Source: Botryllus schlosseri (taxonomy: Eukaryota). From it: a DNA stretch of 64,000 bases. A program made the translations under genes and the position numbers. The stretch covers positions 24,120,001-24,184,000 of the forward strand of contig CM119371.1 of assembly GCA_051294905.1 (NCBI GenBank), given 5' to 3'. The notes under the pieces were generated by a model. The model was not told where the DNA came from and ran no database searches. It worked only from the letters and a program-made list of their open reading frames with translations. Within the stretch, counting starts at the first letter, position 1. Each line of letters starts with the position of its first letter. Below, one piece after another: positions 24,365 to 36,495 of the stretch.

Positions 24365-25535
24365 AGTGACGATGATGATGATAATTATGATGATATCACT
24401 AAAGCTCAACGTGATACTCTTACTTGATAACCATAGACATGGGTCCCTTATCATGTCCCATCATGGAAGTTTTTGTCATGTCAACATGAGATTTTGAAAC
24501 CATGTCGGTGTTTTCATGGAATTAACATGAGAAAGAGGAAGTCATGTCATTTCCATCATAAAATCCATGTTTATTTTTACAGTCTGGGTAATGTATTGCA
24601 TCTTATCAATTCGTTCCTCTATTCTCTATTTTGGCTGGTAACTATAATCCGAGGCTATGCTATTACTTATGTAGTTTAGCATTTCTACGTATATGTGAGC
24701 AATAAAGTGCCTTCTTGTGTTTATATTTAACTCTATATTCGTTCATGAGTCCAGAATCAATGACCACTCAATCTTTATTCCTGACAGCTAGCAAAATGCA
24801 ATGACGTAAGCATGCCTTATACTTCGAAAAAGCAACTTGACTTGAATTGTGACTTGACTCGTGACTTGACTTGACTTGACTCGACTTGACTCGAGTCACC
24901 TCCAAAAATCGAGTGACTTGACTTGACTCGAGTCACCTTCGAAAATCGATTGACTTGACTTGACTCGAGTCAAAATGTGCAATGACTCGAAATGACTCGT
25001 GACTCGAAGGTAGTGACTTGATCCCAACACTGCTCCATACACGAACATCGAGTCGATTAGCATTGCGCAGAAGCCTATACTAGTGTTAAAGTATATAGTG
25101 ATAAATACTTTTCAAATTAATGATGTAAAGCAATAAATATACTTGGTGCGTGTATCACCGCCATGCCATTTTGGAATGTTTTAAAGTTGTAATATACCTG
25201 GGTTGATGTCAATGCGGTATAGCTAGCAATAAATAATAATATCATTTTACTGATGTTTCAAGACAAGTCAACAAATATTTCAACTCTCGACTCAATTTGA
25301 AGTCACTGATTATTCATTTTTCTTATTGCGTGATTATAAATGGGGATGCCGATGTGTCATACATACTTCATTGTTGATGCTGCAGATACCATTGGTGTGA
25401 TTTTTAAAGCAGCCACCTACGATAACCTACTAAAACAGTTTACAACCCGTCAAAATAAGGATACTAGCTTCAAAACTTTTCAGACCTTCAATTCGTACAT
25501 CCACTTCAATATCGCTAGTGCTATTAGTATTAGAG

Positions 25536-26253
25536 CAGGGCCGGCCAACCCGTGGCCCGCGGGCCATATGTGGCCCGCGAGAAGGTTTTGAGTGGCCCGC
25601 GAGGTAATTTCCGAAATTACTAATATTATCAAAAATGGACTGCACAGATTGTTAACTTGCAAGGCCAACCTAAAATTTGATTAGTCTGGCAGCAACACTT
25701 GAGATGTGATGACTAAAATATCAATTCCGACGCATTGGCAGATCCATGAGCCAGCCACATTTTGGTAGATCTTCGTACACTACAATAAAGCAGAATAATT
25801 TGCGACAGATTTATCAAAAGTAAAAAAAATCTGAACGCTTCGCGCAACAGGTTTCTTGATTTTAATATTGTTAATCCTTTTCTGAAAATGAAAGAACTCC
25901 TAATGCATCAGATTAAGTCTAGCTATACTCGCGATAACGAGACAAAGTGTCGTTCAACATAGCCCATGCGATTTTGCGTTTGCGTCAGCAGAAAGACCGT
26001 CGACTATGGAACCTAGGCACAAAAAGATTGACGCATGTTGGTCGAAGCTTTCGATATCGATATGTTCAGGCGCCGAATAGCCCATTCCTTGCAACTGATC
26101 CCAGCCATATACAGCAGGCCCGCAATATAGTCAAGTGACAATATTATTGACCTATGAGCTTCGAAAAATTTTCGCGCTTCGCGCGGCTAGTGGCCCGCGC
26201 AATAGTTCTTCAATCAAATGTGGCCCTCTGGCTGAAAAGGTTGGCCACCCCTG
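25536..26253. mobile_element. hAT MITE
   Basis: TIRs CAGGGCCGGCCAACC / GGTTGGCCACCCCTG; TSD TATTAGAG. The empty site is visible at ~6245 in the paralogous block. Confidence 0.92.
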
Positions 26254-26646
26254 TATTAGAGTTTAAATTTACGGCATTAAGTATAATTGTACTTGAGTAC
26301 CAATGATGACTATCTTGACCACATCTGTCTGACAGATGCAACTGACCGTACAAGCTGAACTCTGAATAATTTGGACTAAATTTATGCGAACTCTTTTAAT
26401 AGACAAAAAATACATTCCAGAAAGAATTATATATATATTAAAAATGTATTAGCAATAACATATCAAGTAATATGAAAAAGCACAATACGTAATCTAACAG
26501 CAAAATGGATGTTTTGGAATTGGCAGAATTGGCATGGCAGTTAAAATCGGATTTGTGTTACGTCATGTAGCTAAGTAAATGTATGGTATCACAGTATTGA
26601 CAACAAAAGATGAATAGTTTGTTAAAACACAATTCTGACAGATATG

Positions 26647-27926
26647 CAGAGGTGGTCAAAGTAGTCAAGAAAGCTACTCAAGTAGAAGTAGAAGTAGCGA
26701 CGAAAAAATCTACTCAAGTACGAGTAGAAGTACTTCTCCAACAAGCCACCTAAAACTACTTGAAGTAGAAGTAGAATTGACTGACTTTAAATCTACTCAA
26801 GTAAGTAAGTAGTTTTGATAACAGTCTTATTTCGTTGGCATGGACTCCTAAAAGCTGCGAATTGAGCTCTGTGGAAGGTGCAGAGAGTTTGATTCGTATT
26901 GATGCATCCAAGGAGGTATCAATTTTTAAAAGAATTAGCCATCTTTCGCATCATGGGATGCAAACTATAGTATTTGTATGAAAATTTGATACTAACCCTT
27001 CGTTTAGTAGAAGACCCCGTTTTAGAAAATATCATGGCATGGTGCCGTACCCCATATTATAAAGTCCCTAGTTTAGGCGAAGAGCAATACGTATGTGGTA
27101 TCGGATACAGTTTCCCCACTATGCGCGATTAGTTTCCTTAAAAACAAATATTGTGGATCGTGAAAGTTATATTTAGTGTAGCTTTATTTTCGGAAAATAG
27201 AGGCATTACTACACTTGCTTTTATGCTTCAACATTAGTGTTCTGCGGACAAAAGAACTGAAAGTAATTAGAACTCTAAGTATGATACTCGCAATTGAAAG
27301 TGAAATACAAATACCACTTCTAAAAAGCGGAAAATATATTTCATGTCTTTTGTCCACAAAGCTTCAAACGTGATTTGCTAAAACAGGTGTAGCGTTCAAA
27401 TAGACTGGATTTTCCAGATTAGCAAGACACGTAATGGGCTGCTAGATTAAGATATAATAGGTAATTGCTAGATTGCAAAACGGTAGTTTCAAACGTTATG
27501 GTGGGCCATATTCACTGTGATGAAATGTTTGTTATGAGCGACAATGCGGTGTGAGGGGAACCAAGCAATCCGGTCCCTAAATTATATTCACTGATACTTT
27601 CGTGAAAACATATTTGTCACTCCATAACTACTGTGCGCGAAGCGCAACAAAATTTCTGGGCTTTACTTGACTTTTACGAATATTAAGTGTTGGTACTCCG
27701 TGGAAACAGCCCCGAAATTCCTCAGGCTATCTTTCTTATTGGGGGATTAAACTACTTCTACTTGACAAACTGAAAATACCGAAAAGTAAGTAAGTAGATC
27801 ACAAAATATTACGAAGTAGAAGTAGAAGTAGAGAAAATCAGATTTACTTGAGTAAGTACCAGAAGTAGAGGAAAACTACTTGAGTACTTCCAAAAAGTAG
27901 AAGTACTTCGTTACTGACCACCTCTG
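26647..27926. mobile_element. hAT MITE with AGTAGAAGTA/TACTCAAGTA subterminal repeats
   Basis: TIRs CAGAGGTGGTCA / TGACCACCTCTG; TSD CAGATATG. Confidence 0.92.
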
Positions 27927-28266
27927 CAGATATGGGGAATAGAAAATACGCAGTCACCATTGCAAACAACAGCAAAACAACTGGAACATTATATAAAGGT
28001 GTCATGGTTAATAGAACATCCCGCCGGAATATCAAATCCAAAATCGAAAATACGTATGAGTAGAGGAAAAATGGGTTGGAAATTAGAGATGCTTGCTCTA
28101 CGTTCGCGGTTGGAAGCGGACCATCCGCGATTGGAACTAAGTTGAATTACCAATTGGATATAGTCGAAGTGTTATGAATCCTGAACTAAAAACTGTTCAG
28201 TAGACCATATTACAAAAAATGCGAATTTGGCTTCAAAACATGGTAGACTTTTTTTCATAACGGACT

Positions 28267-30738
28267 TTAGGAAGAAAGTATATCAGCTTTTAACACATCT
28301 ATGATGCGTCTAATCATCGCCATATCTAAATCACAAAGTTCAAAAGATAAAACACCACCTGAAAACGTGTCTTTGGTGCATGGAGAGAATGTGATTCTGG
28401 TGGATTTCATCACAATATTAGATATCCGCAACAGCGTGTCGAGGTTGCTAACCCAAGACAACCTTTCCTGCAACCATCGCAACTGGAAATACAACTCCTG
28501 CGTGACATGTGACAGCGCCGACGCTGGCAGGACATCGATTTCCACTGATGCGCATTCTTCGTCGTTCTGGCTTGGCGGTGCTTTGCGTATTTTCGAATCT
28601 GATTCAGAGTTTTCTTTTCTATTATTATCGATCCTTGTGTCTTTTGACACGATGTATGTTCCGAATTTCGATCTTTGCAAAACGGACTTGTGCAATTTTA
28701 TATTTAAGGATCGGAACTCCTCTGTTGGGGTTGTATGCTGCGTTACAGGCAATCCTCTGCCCGAATCGAGTTTCGCTTTCGTGTCACCCCTGCTTCTCGT
28801 ACTTGTGGAGGCTGATTTCATTTGCGATCCACGGACAAACTTTTCGAACCGGTGCCCGCTAGGCTTGGCGAATCTTTTTTTGTCGCCTGGGTTCACACCC
28901 TCGGTGGTAACCGGCTTCAATGCGGTATTGCAAAACGGCGAAAGTTTCCTCTTCTTTGGTTCATTTACGGGACTGGAGACATTAGGCTTCTTCAGATCTA
29001 AATCATAATTCGTCGGAATACGATCTTTGCGCTTCGATTCGCCCTTGAGACTTGCTATGCATTCAGATCTTTGCAGTACTGACCTGTGTAACTTTACGTT
29101 AAGGCTGCGGAACTCGTTAAGTACAGGTTCATTTTCCGGTATTAACAGCCGTGCGCCCGATTTTGAGTATCGCGTGGTTTTCATTCTTGCCTCTGGTACT
29201 TTCAGAGGCCGATGTATTTCAGAGGCCGATGTATCTTGTGTTTCACGGATACATTTTTCGGAACAGTGCCTGCTAGAATTCGCCAAAATTTTCTTTTCAA
29301 CGGGCATTTGGTCTTTGACGGCAACGGGCCTGAACGCAGTATAGCGCGATTGCGACGACTTGCTCTTTCTTGGTGGATTTCCGACACAATTTAATACGAA
29401 ATTTTGTGGTGGTGCAGATCAGTGTTGGGATCAAGTCACTACCTTCGAGTCACGAGTCATTTCGAGTCATTGCGCATTTTGACTCGAGTCAAGCCAAGTC
29501 AATCAGTTTTCGAAGATGACTCGAGTCAAGTCAAGTCACTCGATTTTTGGAGGTGACTCGAGTCAAGTCGAGTCAAGTCAAGTCAAGTCAAGTCACGAGT
29601 CAAGTCAAAATTCAAGTCAAGTTGCCTTTTCGTAGTATGAGGCATGATTACGTCATTACATTTTGCTAGCTTTCTGAAATACAGATTGAGTGGTGATTGA
29701 TTTTGGACCGATGAACGAGTTAAATATACAACCAATATGGCGCTGTAGCGCTCACATATACGTAGCCTCAGTTTATAGTTACCAACCAAAATGGGGAATA
29801 GAGAAATGAATTGATAAGATGCAATACATTACGCTTTACCCATTTATACATATGGATATGATACAATTCGAGCCTGCGCCAATGGTTGAGGTGTATATAA
29901 ACTATATTCGAATTCAAAATCAATAAAACATGAGGTTTGGTTAAGGTAGATAATTTTCTATTATATTACTGTACTACTAGTTCACGACAACGTAAGCTGT
30001 AAGCATCGATCACTTCGTTTGTGGTCAATTTATTTGTGAGAGAACAATGGAGGCTCAGTAAAACGCACGATCATTGAATGATTGGTCGCTCTCACGGGTT
30101 ACACCAGCGTTTCGCGAACAATCCGAACATATGCAAGATACAGTGATTTTTATCGACACCGATTAATTTATGACTTGAAATTGACTCGTGAATTTTGCTC
30201 CGAGTCACGAGTCAATCAACATTTTTGATACGCCGAGTCAAGTCAAGTCAAGTCATTTTAGCAAAGTGACTCGAGTCAAGTCAAGTCATGCGAATAAGGT
30301 GACTCCAGTCTGACTCGAGTCAAGTCATGACTCGAGTCATCCCAAGACTGGTGCAGATGCCATTATTTTCAAGCCGGTTTCGGTGCACTTTGAAAGGTAT
30401 AGTGCTTTCTCTGAAGTCGTTACCAGCTGTTCTTTTACATTAGTGTCCCCTCTGGTGTGCTTTCTAAAGTCTACCCGTCTGCGTTCTGATATTTTCTGTC
30501 CAGAGATGCTGGACTTTTCCGTATTTTTCTTCTTAGCTGGTGTCTCGGCATTTTCGGTAAGCCATTTTAACATATTTACTCGAAGTGGTGATAATTTTCG
30601 TTTCCGCGTTACGTTCAATTTTAATTGATCATCAGTCCACTTGCAAATTACTGGCTTGATCACTTCATGAATCGGACCCTTGGGCCTGTGGGCGATGCGA
30701 ACTTTTGGACGATGAGCAGCGACTACGATACCTTCCAT
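28267..30738 (-). pseudogene. AF9/ENL-like intronless gene, copy B (~510 aa when reconstructed), interrupted only by a MITE
   Basis: Removing 29420-30350 and one TSD gives a stop-free frame (...GLKIMASAPPQNFVLNCVGNPP...). C-terminus LYFQLRWLQERL..LLRISNIV..FELCDLDMAMIRRIIDVL matches the AF9 AHD pattern. N-terminal HRPKVRIAHRPKGPIHE matches the start of YEATS. An in-frame upstream ATG lies at 30813. Confidence 0.75.
29420..30350. mobile_element. hAT MITE inserted in coding sequence
   Basis: TIRs CAGTGTTGGGAT / ATCCCAAGACTG; TSD GTGCAGAT. Confidence 0.95.
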
Positions 30739-30868
30739 TCTGACTCTTGTGTATAACGTTTTGCTCCGGTCAGCTCGATAACTTTTTAGTAAATGCGAAC
30801 AAATCGACACCATTCCAACACAATGACTCTACAATCATCATCGAACTTTCTTCACTTTCTGTTTGATT

Positions 30869-30967
30869 TGAAATTCACTCTCATTTGGCGCTCATTGAGA
30901 TATTGCTAATTGCATATTCAATTTTCAATATGATCTTAGCTGATAAGATTGGAATGGAATCAATTGT
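30869..30967. promoter_or_regulatory. Highly conserved non-coding element upstream of AF9-like copy B
   Basis: 98/99 identical to 8199-8297. Confidence 0.55.
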
Positions 30968-31264
30968 TGTATGTCCAGTCCGTGGTATGAAGGAACTATA
31001 ATGAGATTTTGATCGTCGTTATTAACTGACAAGGTTGGAAAATATTCAATTGTTGTCTGTCTAGTCCAGTTATAACGAGAAGATTATAATTAATCTGGTT
31101 TACTGCTATTGTCAAATTTTAACGTTGGCGGTTTATGAAGAAGATATGATTGGAAAATCTAATTACATCTTTATCAGATAGATCATGGCCGAATAATTAA
31201 AGAAACACTTTCAATAGAGAGCCGAGAATTAAAAGGCTGACGGACTAACTAAAGCGGCAGTCAT

Positions 31265-31420
31265 CGGCGCGGCACCCGTGGACGAGAACAAAATGAATCG
31301 CCCTTGGTCGCAGTAGCAAATATTCAAATGGTAGATTTGGAAGTCGAACCTGAGAAGGTTTTTATATGAACGGCAGTTGAACATGGGTCAAGACCCTAAG
31401 GGACATACGAACCCAGTTGA
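31265..31420 (+). pseudogene. Degenerate 28S (LSU) rDNA fragment
   Basis: CTTGGT..AGTAGCAAATATTCAAA...GAGAAGG..TGAAC.GCAGTTGAACATGGGTCA matches a conserved eukaryotic LSU block. It is short and mutated, so not a functional rRNA gene. Confidence 0.8.
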
Positions 31421-32089
31421 TGATCGAGGATTTGTTTTCTATGATACAATAAACATATCAAATCAAGATGCTCCATGTAAGTCCGCTTTCGTTTTTACGT
31501 AAGACAACGATGTATTCTTCATATGAATTTCATTGATTGGTAGAATAAGCATCATTGACTGACTACACCTACATGCAGCGTATTTCGCTCTTGATGTTGT
31601 GTAATTGTCAAGCTCACAGTAGAAGGTCACTAAATATTTACAAACGTAAAACTGGATATTTTGAGCAAACTTTTGTAACAAATCAAGTAAATTTGTTTGG
31701 GTTTGTCGAGGCGCAACTCGTTTAGTGTTGACTTTTTTATGCTGCCAGCGCCATCCATAGAGTGGCCCGCAGTTGAAATGCAATGAATTTTAACCAAGAT
31801 GTTATAATGACGTGGAAAATTGTAGTATATGAAAAAGGTTCACAGTGCAAAACCTCTAAATTTCTGACGTTCACACACAGAACGCGCGCGAGAACCTCAC
31901 GTTCACACTATCCCTAGTACCTAGCCTACCTATACAGCTAATTCAAAAGCATGCAGATAGACTTGTATAGATTCTATACAGGTTATTTTAGCATTGATAG
32001 GCACATGTTAGCGAGTGCTATACATTGAGATAATTAACACAACATACTAAATTTGGAGGTTTATATAGGCTCCTCCTCACCATCTCATC

Positions 32090-32313
32090 CCCGTAAGCGA
32101 TGTCTTACAGAAAGCCTGGACGTGGGCGGTTCTACAAGACGGCAGCTATACGGAATAAAAAAATAAGGAATATCGGCCTGGTGTAAATGACCATATTAGT
32201 CGACAAACACCATGAATACCACAACCAACTAGAGACTCTGCTCGATATCAACGCGGCAATACTCAGACACCGAATACCCTGACTGGTCTGGCCTAGACCG
32301 CTAAGGCGCCAGC
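32090..32313 (-). repeat. Dispersed repeat, possibly a decayed SINE
   Basis: 32095-32225 matches 59830-59958 (CCTGGTGTAAATGACCAT..GTCGACAAACACCATGA). A-box-like sequence at the minus-strand start. Confidence 0.5.
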
Positions 32314-32570
32314 CTATATTCCCTTGAAGTTCCTCGTGGAAATTGTTGACAAAGCGACGGGAGATATTGATTTTAAGGGACTATTATATCATTTTATTGC
32401 CCCAGTTGATACATTTGGCGACGTTTAAAACGTCAATATGTGGCACTATGTCGAGTCGTTGCTTGGTATCGTGTACAACTGTACTGTACACAGTGTACAG
32501 TCTACATTGATATAGGCGCAGTGGTCGGGAACCTATGGTTCTTTTAAATAGTATATTCATATTGAAATGA

Positions 32571-32604
32571 ACCCGAATATTTTCGGCTGACACTCGTCAG
32601 GGGT
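32571..32604 (-). ncRNA. Minimal type I hammerhead ribozyme in the Penelope-like 3' region
   Basis: Minus strand reads ACCC-CTGACGA-GTGTCAGCC-GAAA-ATAT-TC-GGGT: intact core, stem I ACCC/GGGT, one-bp stem II, palindromic helix III AATATT. Confidence 0.75.
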
Positions 32605-32705
32605 AATCGTCAGCAACTAGTAGAGAATTGGAAAGAACATTGTATATCAACAATCGTATCACAAAATATGACGTCACCAGCATGAGATTTCGAATGAGAG
32701 AACGT

Positions 32706-34172
32706 TCAATGTACTATTTTTAGGTGATACACGAACTCCTTTTGTTGACAGAGTTTTGGTTGGTGTATTTTGATAAAAGTTGATTCCAAGGCACACAAAT
32801 GGAATTGTGAACGACCTCGACCTACGATTCGAAATCGGTCGTCTCGATAATTATTCGCACAAATCGGATTATCCAACAGATGTTTGCCGATGGCAGATTT
32901 AATGGCCTTTGATCGATCAGCATCAATCTTAAGTGGATGAGTTAAGGGTGAGCTTTTCACATCGCGTGACGCACGTGTTCTGATAAATCTGGGGACATGT
33001 TGGTTTATGCGGTCCTGCAGACGTCTTGACGTTCTTCCCACGTAGCCACAATCACAGTGGCACCTATATTCGTACACTACATTACTTTGTTGAAGTGCAG
33101 GAAGCACGTCTTTGCGTGTTGAAGGGAGCAGTTGTGTTGTTGTAAAAATCACATTGGTTTTGACTGTATCGTAAGATTTACCGACAGCAGAAATCAATTG
33201 TTTTTCAAAGCGGGTGGAAATGGGGCCAATCCAAGGTAGATGGATATAAACATCTTTTATTGTTCGTGCGGTGGGCTCTGCTCGTTTTTCTGCGTTGAAT
33301 TGCATTAATTTCCTCTCCATGCCGCGGCTGATGACGTGTTCAGGGTAACCGTTATCAAGTAAGATTTTTCGGATGTAGTCAAGTTCTAAACTCAGTTTGT
33401 TACCCGAACATATCATCAACGCTCTATGCACGAGTGTGCCTATGAGGTTAATTTTTCTGCGCCGAGGACTAAATGAATTCCAGCGGAGGTATTGGCCTGT
33501 GAATGTCGGTTTCCTGAAAACAGACGTTTCAAATTTGTTGGTATTGCGCTTTTCAACTAATACGTCCAGAAATGATAACGAGTTATTGCGTTCTTTTTCT
33601 ATTGTGAATTGCAAGGCCGGGTGAAGCGAGTTTAAGCGAATGAGAAATTGGTCACACTCCGATTCATTCCTGAAAATGACAAATGTATCATCTACGTATC
33701 GGCGGTACAATAGTGGTTTGGCGGACTCACGCTGGGACAGAAGCTCGCCCTCGTAATACCCTACGAAAATGTTGGCCAAAATAGGTCCCAGGGGACTACC
33801 CATGGCTAAGCCGTCTATTTGGCGAAACATGACCTCGTTAAAGCTAAATTCCACGCAGCAAGTTGCCGCTTGTAAAAGTTCAACAAAGACGTTACGCGGG
33901 ATTGATGGTGGCGGTAACTTACCACCGTACAGCGCGTTGGCACAAATATCAATAGTCTCATGCAGCGGAACGTTCGTAAAAAGACTAGAGATATCAAATG
34001 AGCTCAGAAACACGTCTGGATTCGGCAAATCCAGGTTTCGTATTTCACCAGCGAACGTGAACGAATCGCGAACCGGTTCCAAAATGTCAATAAGCCATTT
34101 TGCCAGCTGATGGTGAGCAGACCCGATCATGGAAAGTATAGGTCTCACTGGGACATTGTCTTTGTGAGTTTT
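32706..34172 (-). mobile_element. Penelope-like retroelement ORF (RT + GIY-YIG endonuclease), 5'-truncated
   Basis: RT motifs KTHKDNVPVRPI, SFDISSLFTNVP, GLAMGSPLGP, YRRYVDD and FLDV. C-terminal GIY-YIG NVVYEYRCHCDCGYVGRT..R..QH. Confidence 0.93.
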
Positions 34173-36495
34173 TGAGTTTTTGAGTATAAGATATGGCTCT
34201 TTGCCAAATACTGAATTGATAAATATTGCAGCAACTTGTTATTGAATTTTATCGCGGCCAGAATAATTATTCTGCTGGCAGTATAAACATGTCTTTGAGA
34301 GGTAAAGGCAATGTCGTCTTCAGTTTAGGGGCTCGAAGCAGTCCCTATTTCAAAAATACAGAAATTTTAGTTATTGTCGCGACGGCGACCAAGATCACAC
34401 GCGAATTCGATGTACCCGACTCGAAATTCTGGATCGTGCGATACGTTAATTGATCAAAGAGAATAGCAGACATGGTGACGCCCATAGGACGATGCAGGTT
34501 TTATATATAGACATTGTCTTCTTGATCTACGGCGCGACATTAACCGCCGTGGACGTGACATTCACAATTAAAAACTCGAATTACAAACAACGCTATAGCT
34601 ATTCACTTTACTGATTGGTAGCTCTGCAGTACCGGCGATAAATGTAGGCGTGTAGCGCAACGTTATATGTTACCAACGAATACTTTGAGAATTGACAAGT
34701 CGATCAGTGTTTAGATTTTCGGAATCAGTGTGACAGGTGCATTCGATTACATTAATGTATATATCAGTTATAATAAATTCGAAGTTACTTAAGATGGATT
34801 GCGTTATCAATGGTGACGCTTGGCCTGTCTGTGCCTCACCTCTCGTTTCGCGCTTTATTTTCGAACGATGAATGTACAAATTATGTGAATTTGGGAGAAA
34901 TATGTTCAAAATCTCGTCATTCATGATCATCAATAGAAAATGCCAATAGTAATTGAAGGTTTCACAGTTTTCGTTCACTCATCACGAAGACGGTTGAGGC
35001 GCTGTCTCACTTTTCTCCCGTGACCTCACGTTGCTGATATATCACAGCTTTGAGTGGATAGGCCTACTGCTGTAATGGCCATTTTTGGCTTCACCTACAC
35101 GTGTGATCATGGATTCTGGTATTTTAAAGGAACATCACGATGAACATATACGTTGTCGTAACTCAAGTTTCGCATGCACAAATAAGTCAACCAGCATGAT
35201 TAGTACGAGTTTTTACAGAGCAAATGTGACGCACACGACAGATTTCGAATTAGTGCTACCGTGACGTCCCGAATTTTCAATTGTATCGTAGTAGTTGATA
35301 GCCATGTATGACTCATTGGGAGTTAAAATGGAAAAAATAGGGCCAATATGGCTCTTCGGCCAAAAACGGTTCCGACCGCTGATATAAGGTATCAATTCAC
35401 TGAAATGTTGGATTGGAATTATCAATATGACGTCATACGACATCATGAGGTTCACGTTCGCGTTCACACAGAACCTTTGGAAAGTGTTCGCGTTCACACG
35501 AACCCGAACCTTTCAGCGGTTCACACCATCCCTACTATTTTGTCGTTATGCGTCTGCTCTTCACTTCATACATTCCAGCACCTAACGCACAAATTTGCTG
35601 GGGATTATACACTGAGTATTATTGGACGAAATACCATTTATACTTGACTGTGAGCCGTTATTTTGATGTCAGTAAAATTGTGTCGAAATTTACTTTTCAC
35701 AGAGACGATCCTAAAGGACTCTGACCGGCAGAACTCAAGACATATATTTTTTTCTGGCGGGTATTCATCTAAGCGTTTAACTACAGTCTTCAAGAATTCT
35801 CGTTCCCGATTTTCAGATGCGGCCTTGAACGGCTAGAGAAATAACGAATATCCTCCATTGTAGCATTCATATGCAGAAATTGACCATAACTATTCATAGA
35901 AACCAACAAAAACTGTCGTTTACTTTATTTTTGTGGCATATTTGACCTTAGAGATCAATCAGTGCCGCATGCGGCTCTGACAGCTGCGGTTGGGAATCAC
36001 TGGTCTAAATGGACAATGTAAGAGCAAAATTTAGTTCTTTGCAAGACAAATCATTTCAATACACAACCTTTCATTTGAATATGGATTATTTATTATTTCG
36101 GAATGTGTTACACTCCAACGTCCACAACACATGGAGGACCGCCAAGTTTGGTTTTAATAATTTTCTGCCAAAATCATTATAGCTAGCCCCCAAACTGCAT
36201 ATCAGGAAACTGTGCTATTTTCGCAATCTGAATGTGACACCACGATATAGGAATAACACATTGGCCTACCATATTTCACAAGAACTTGGCGAGGTGGAAG
36301 CGAAACGTGGTGGAAGATAAATAAATGTCACAGCCATTGTAATAGAGACCAAATCTTTAATGTTCCTCTCCTTTTTTCGAGATGAAATATAGCCTGAGAA
36401 TAGTTTTACTAGTTAACGGAAATGCTTCGTTGTTGTTATGGGTCTATTACATAATTTGAAATGCAGAACTGCTCAATCCCAAATTCATGTATGCC

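Larger units (their letters stand above)
18181..24584 (-). mobile_element. CACTG (EnSpm/CMC) element, degenerate
   Basis: Left end CACTGTAAAAAATAATCATGG, right end CCATGTTTATTTTTACAGTC, 2-bp TSD TG. Contains SAMD3-like exons and a transposase-like fragment. Confidence 0.8.
17660..25032. mobile_element. hAT MITE (GACTCGAGTC/GACTT subterminal repeats) split by a nested CACTG element
   Basis: TIRs CAGTGTTGGGAT / ATCCCAACACTG; TSD CTCCATAC. An uninterrupted inverted sister copy lies at 29420-30350. Confidence 0.92.

Noticed and set aside
23917..24497. ORFs of 104, 180 and 60 aa
   Set aside because: These are translations of a CT microsatellite.
28301..29344. Long plus-strand ORFs (also 7340-7897 and 33397-34110)
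   Set aside because: These are antisense shadows of minus-strand coding sequences.
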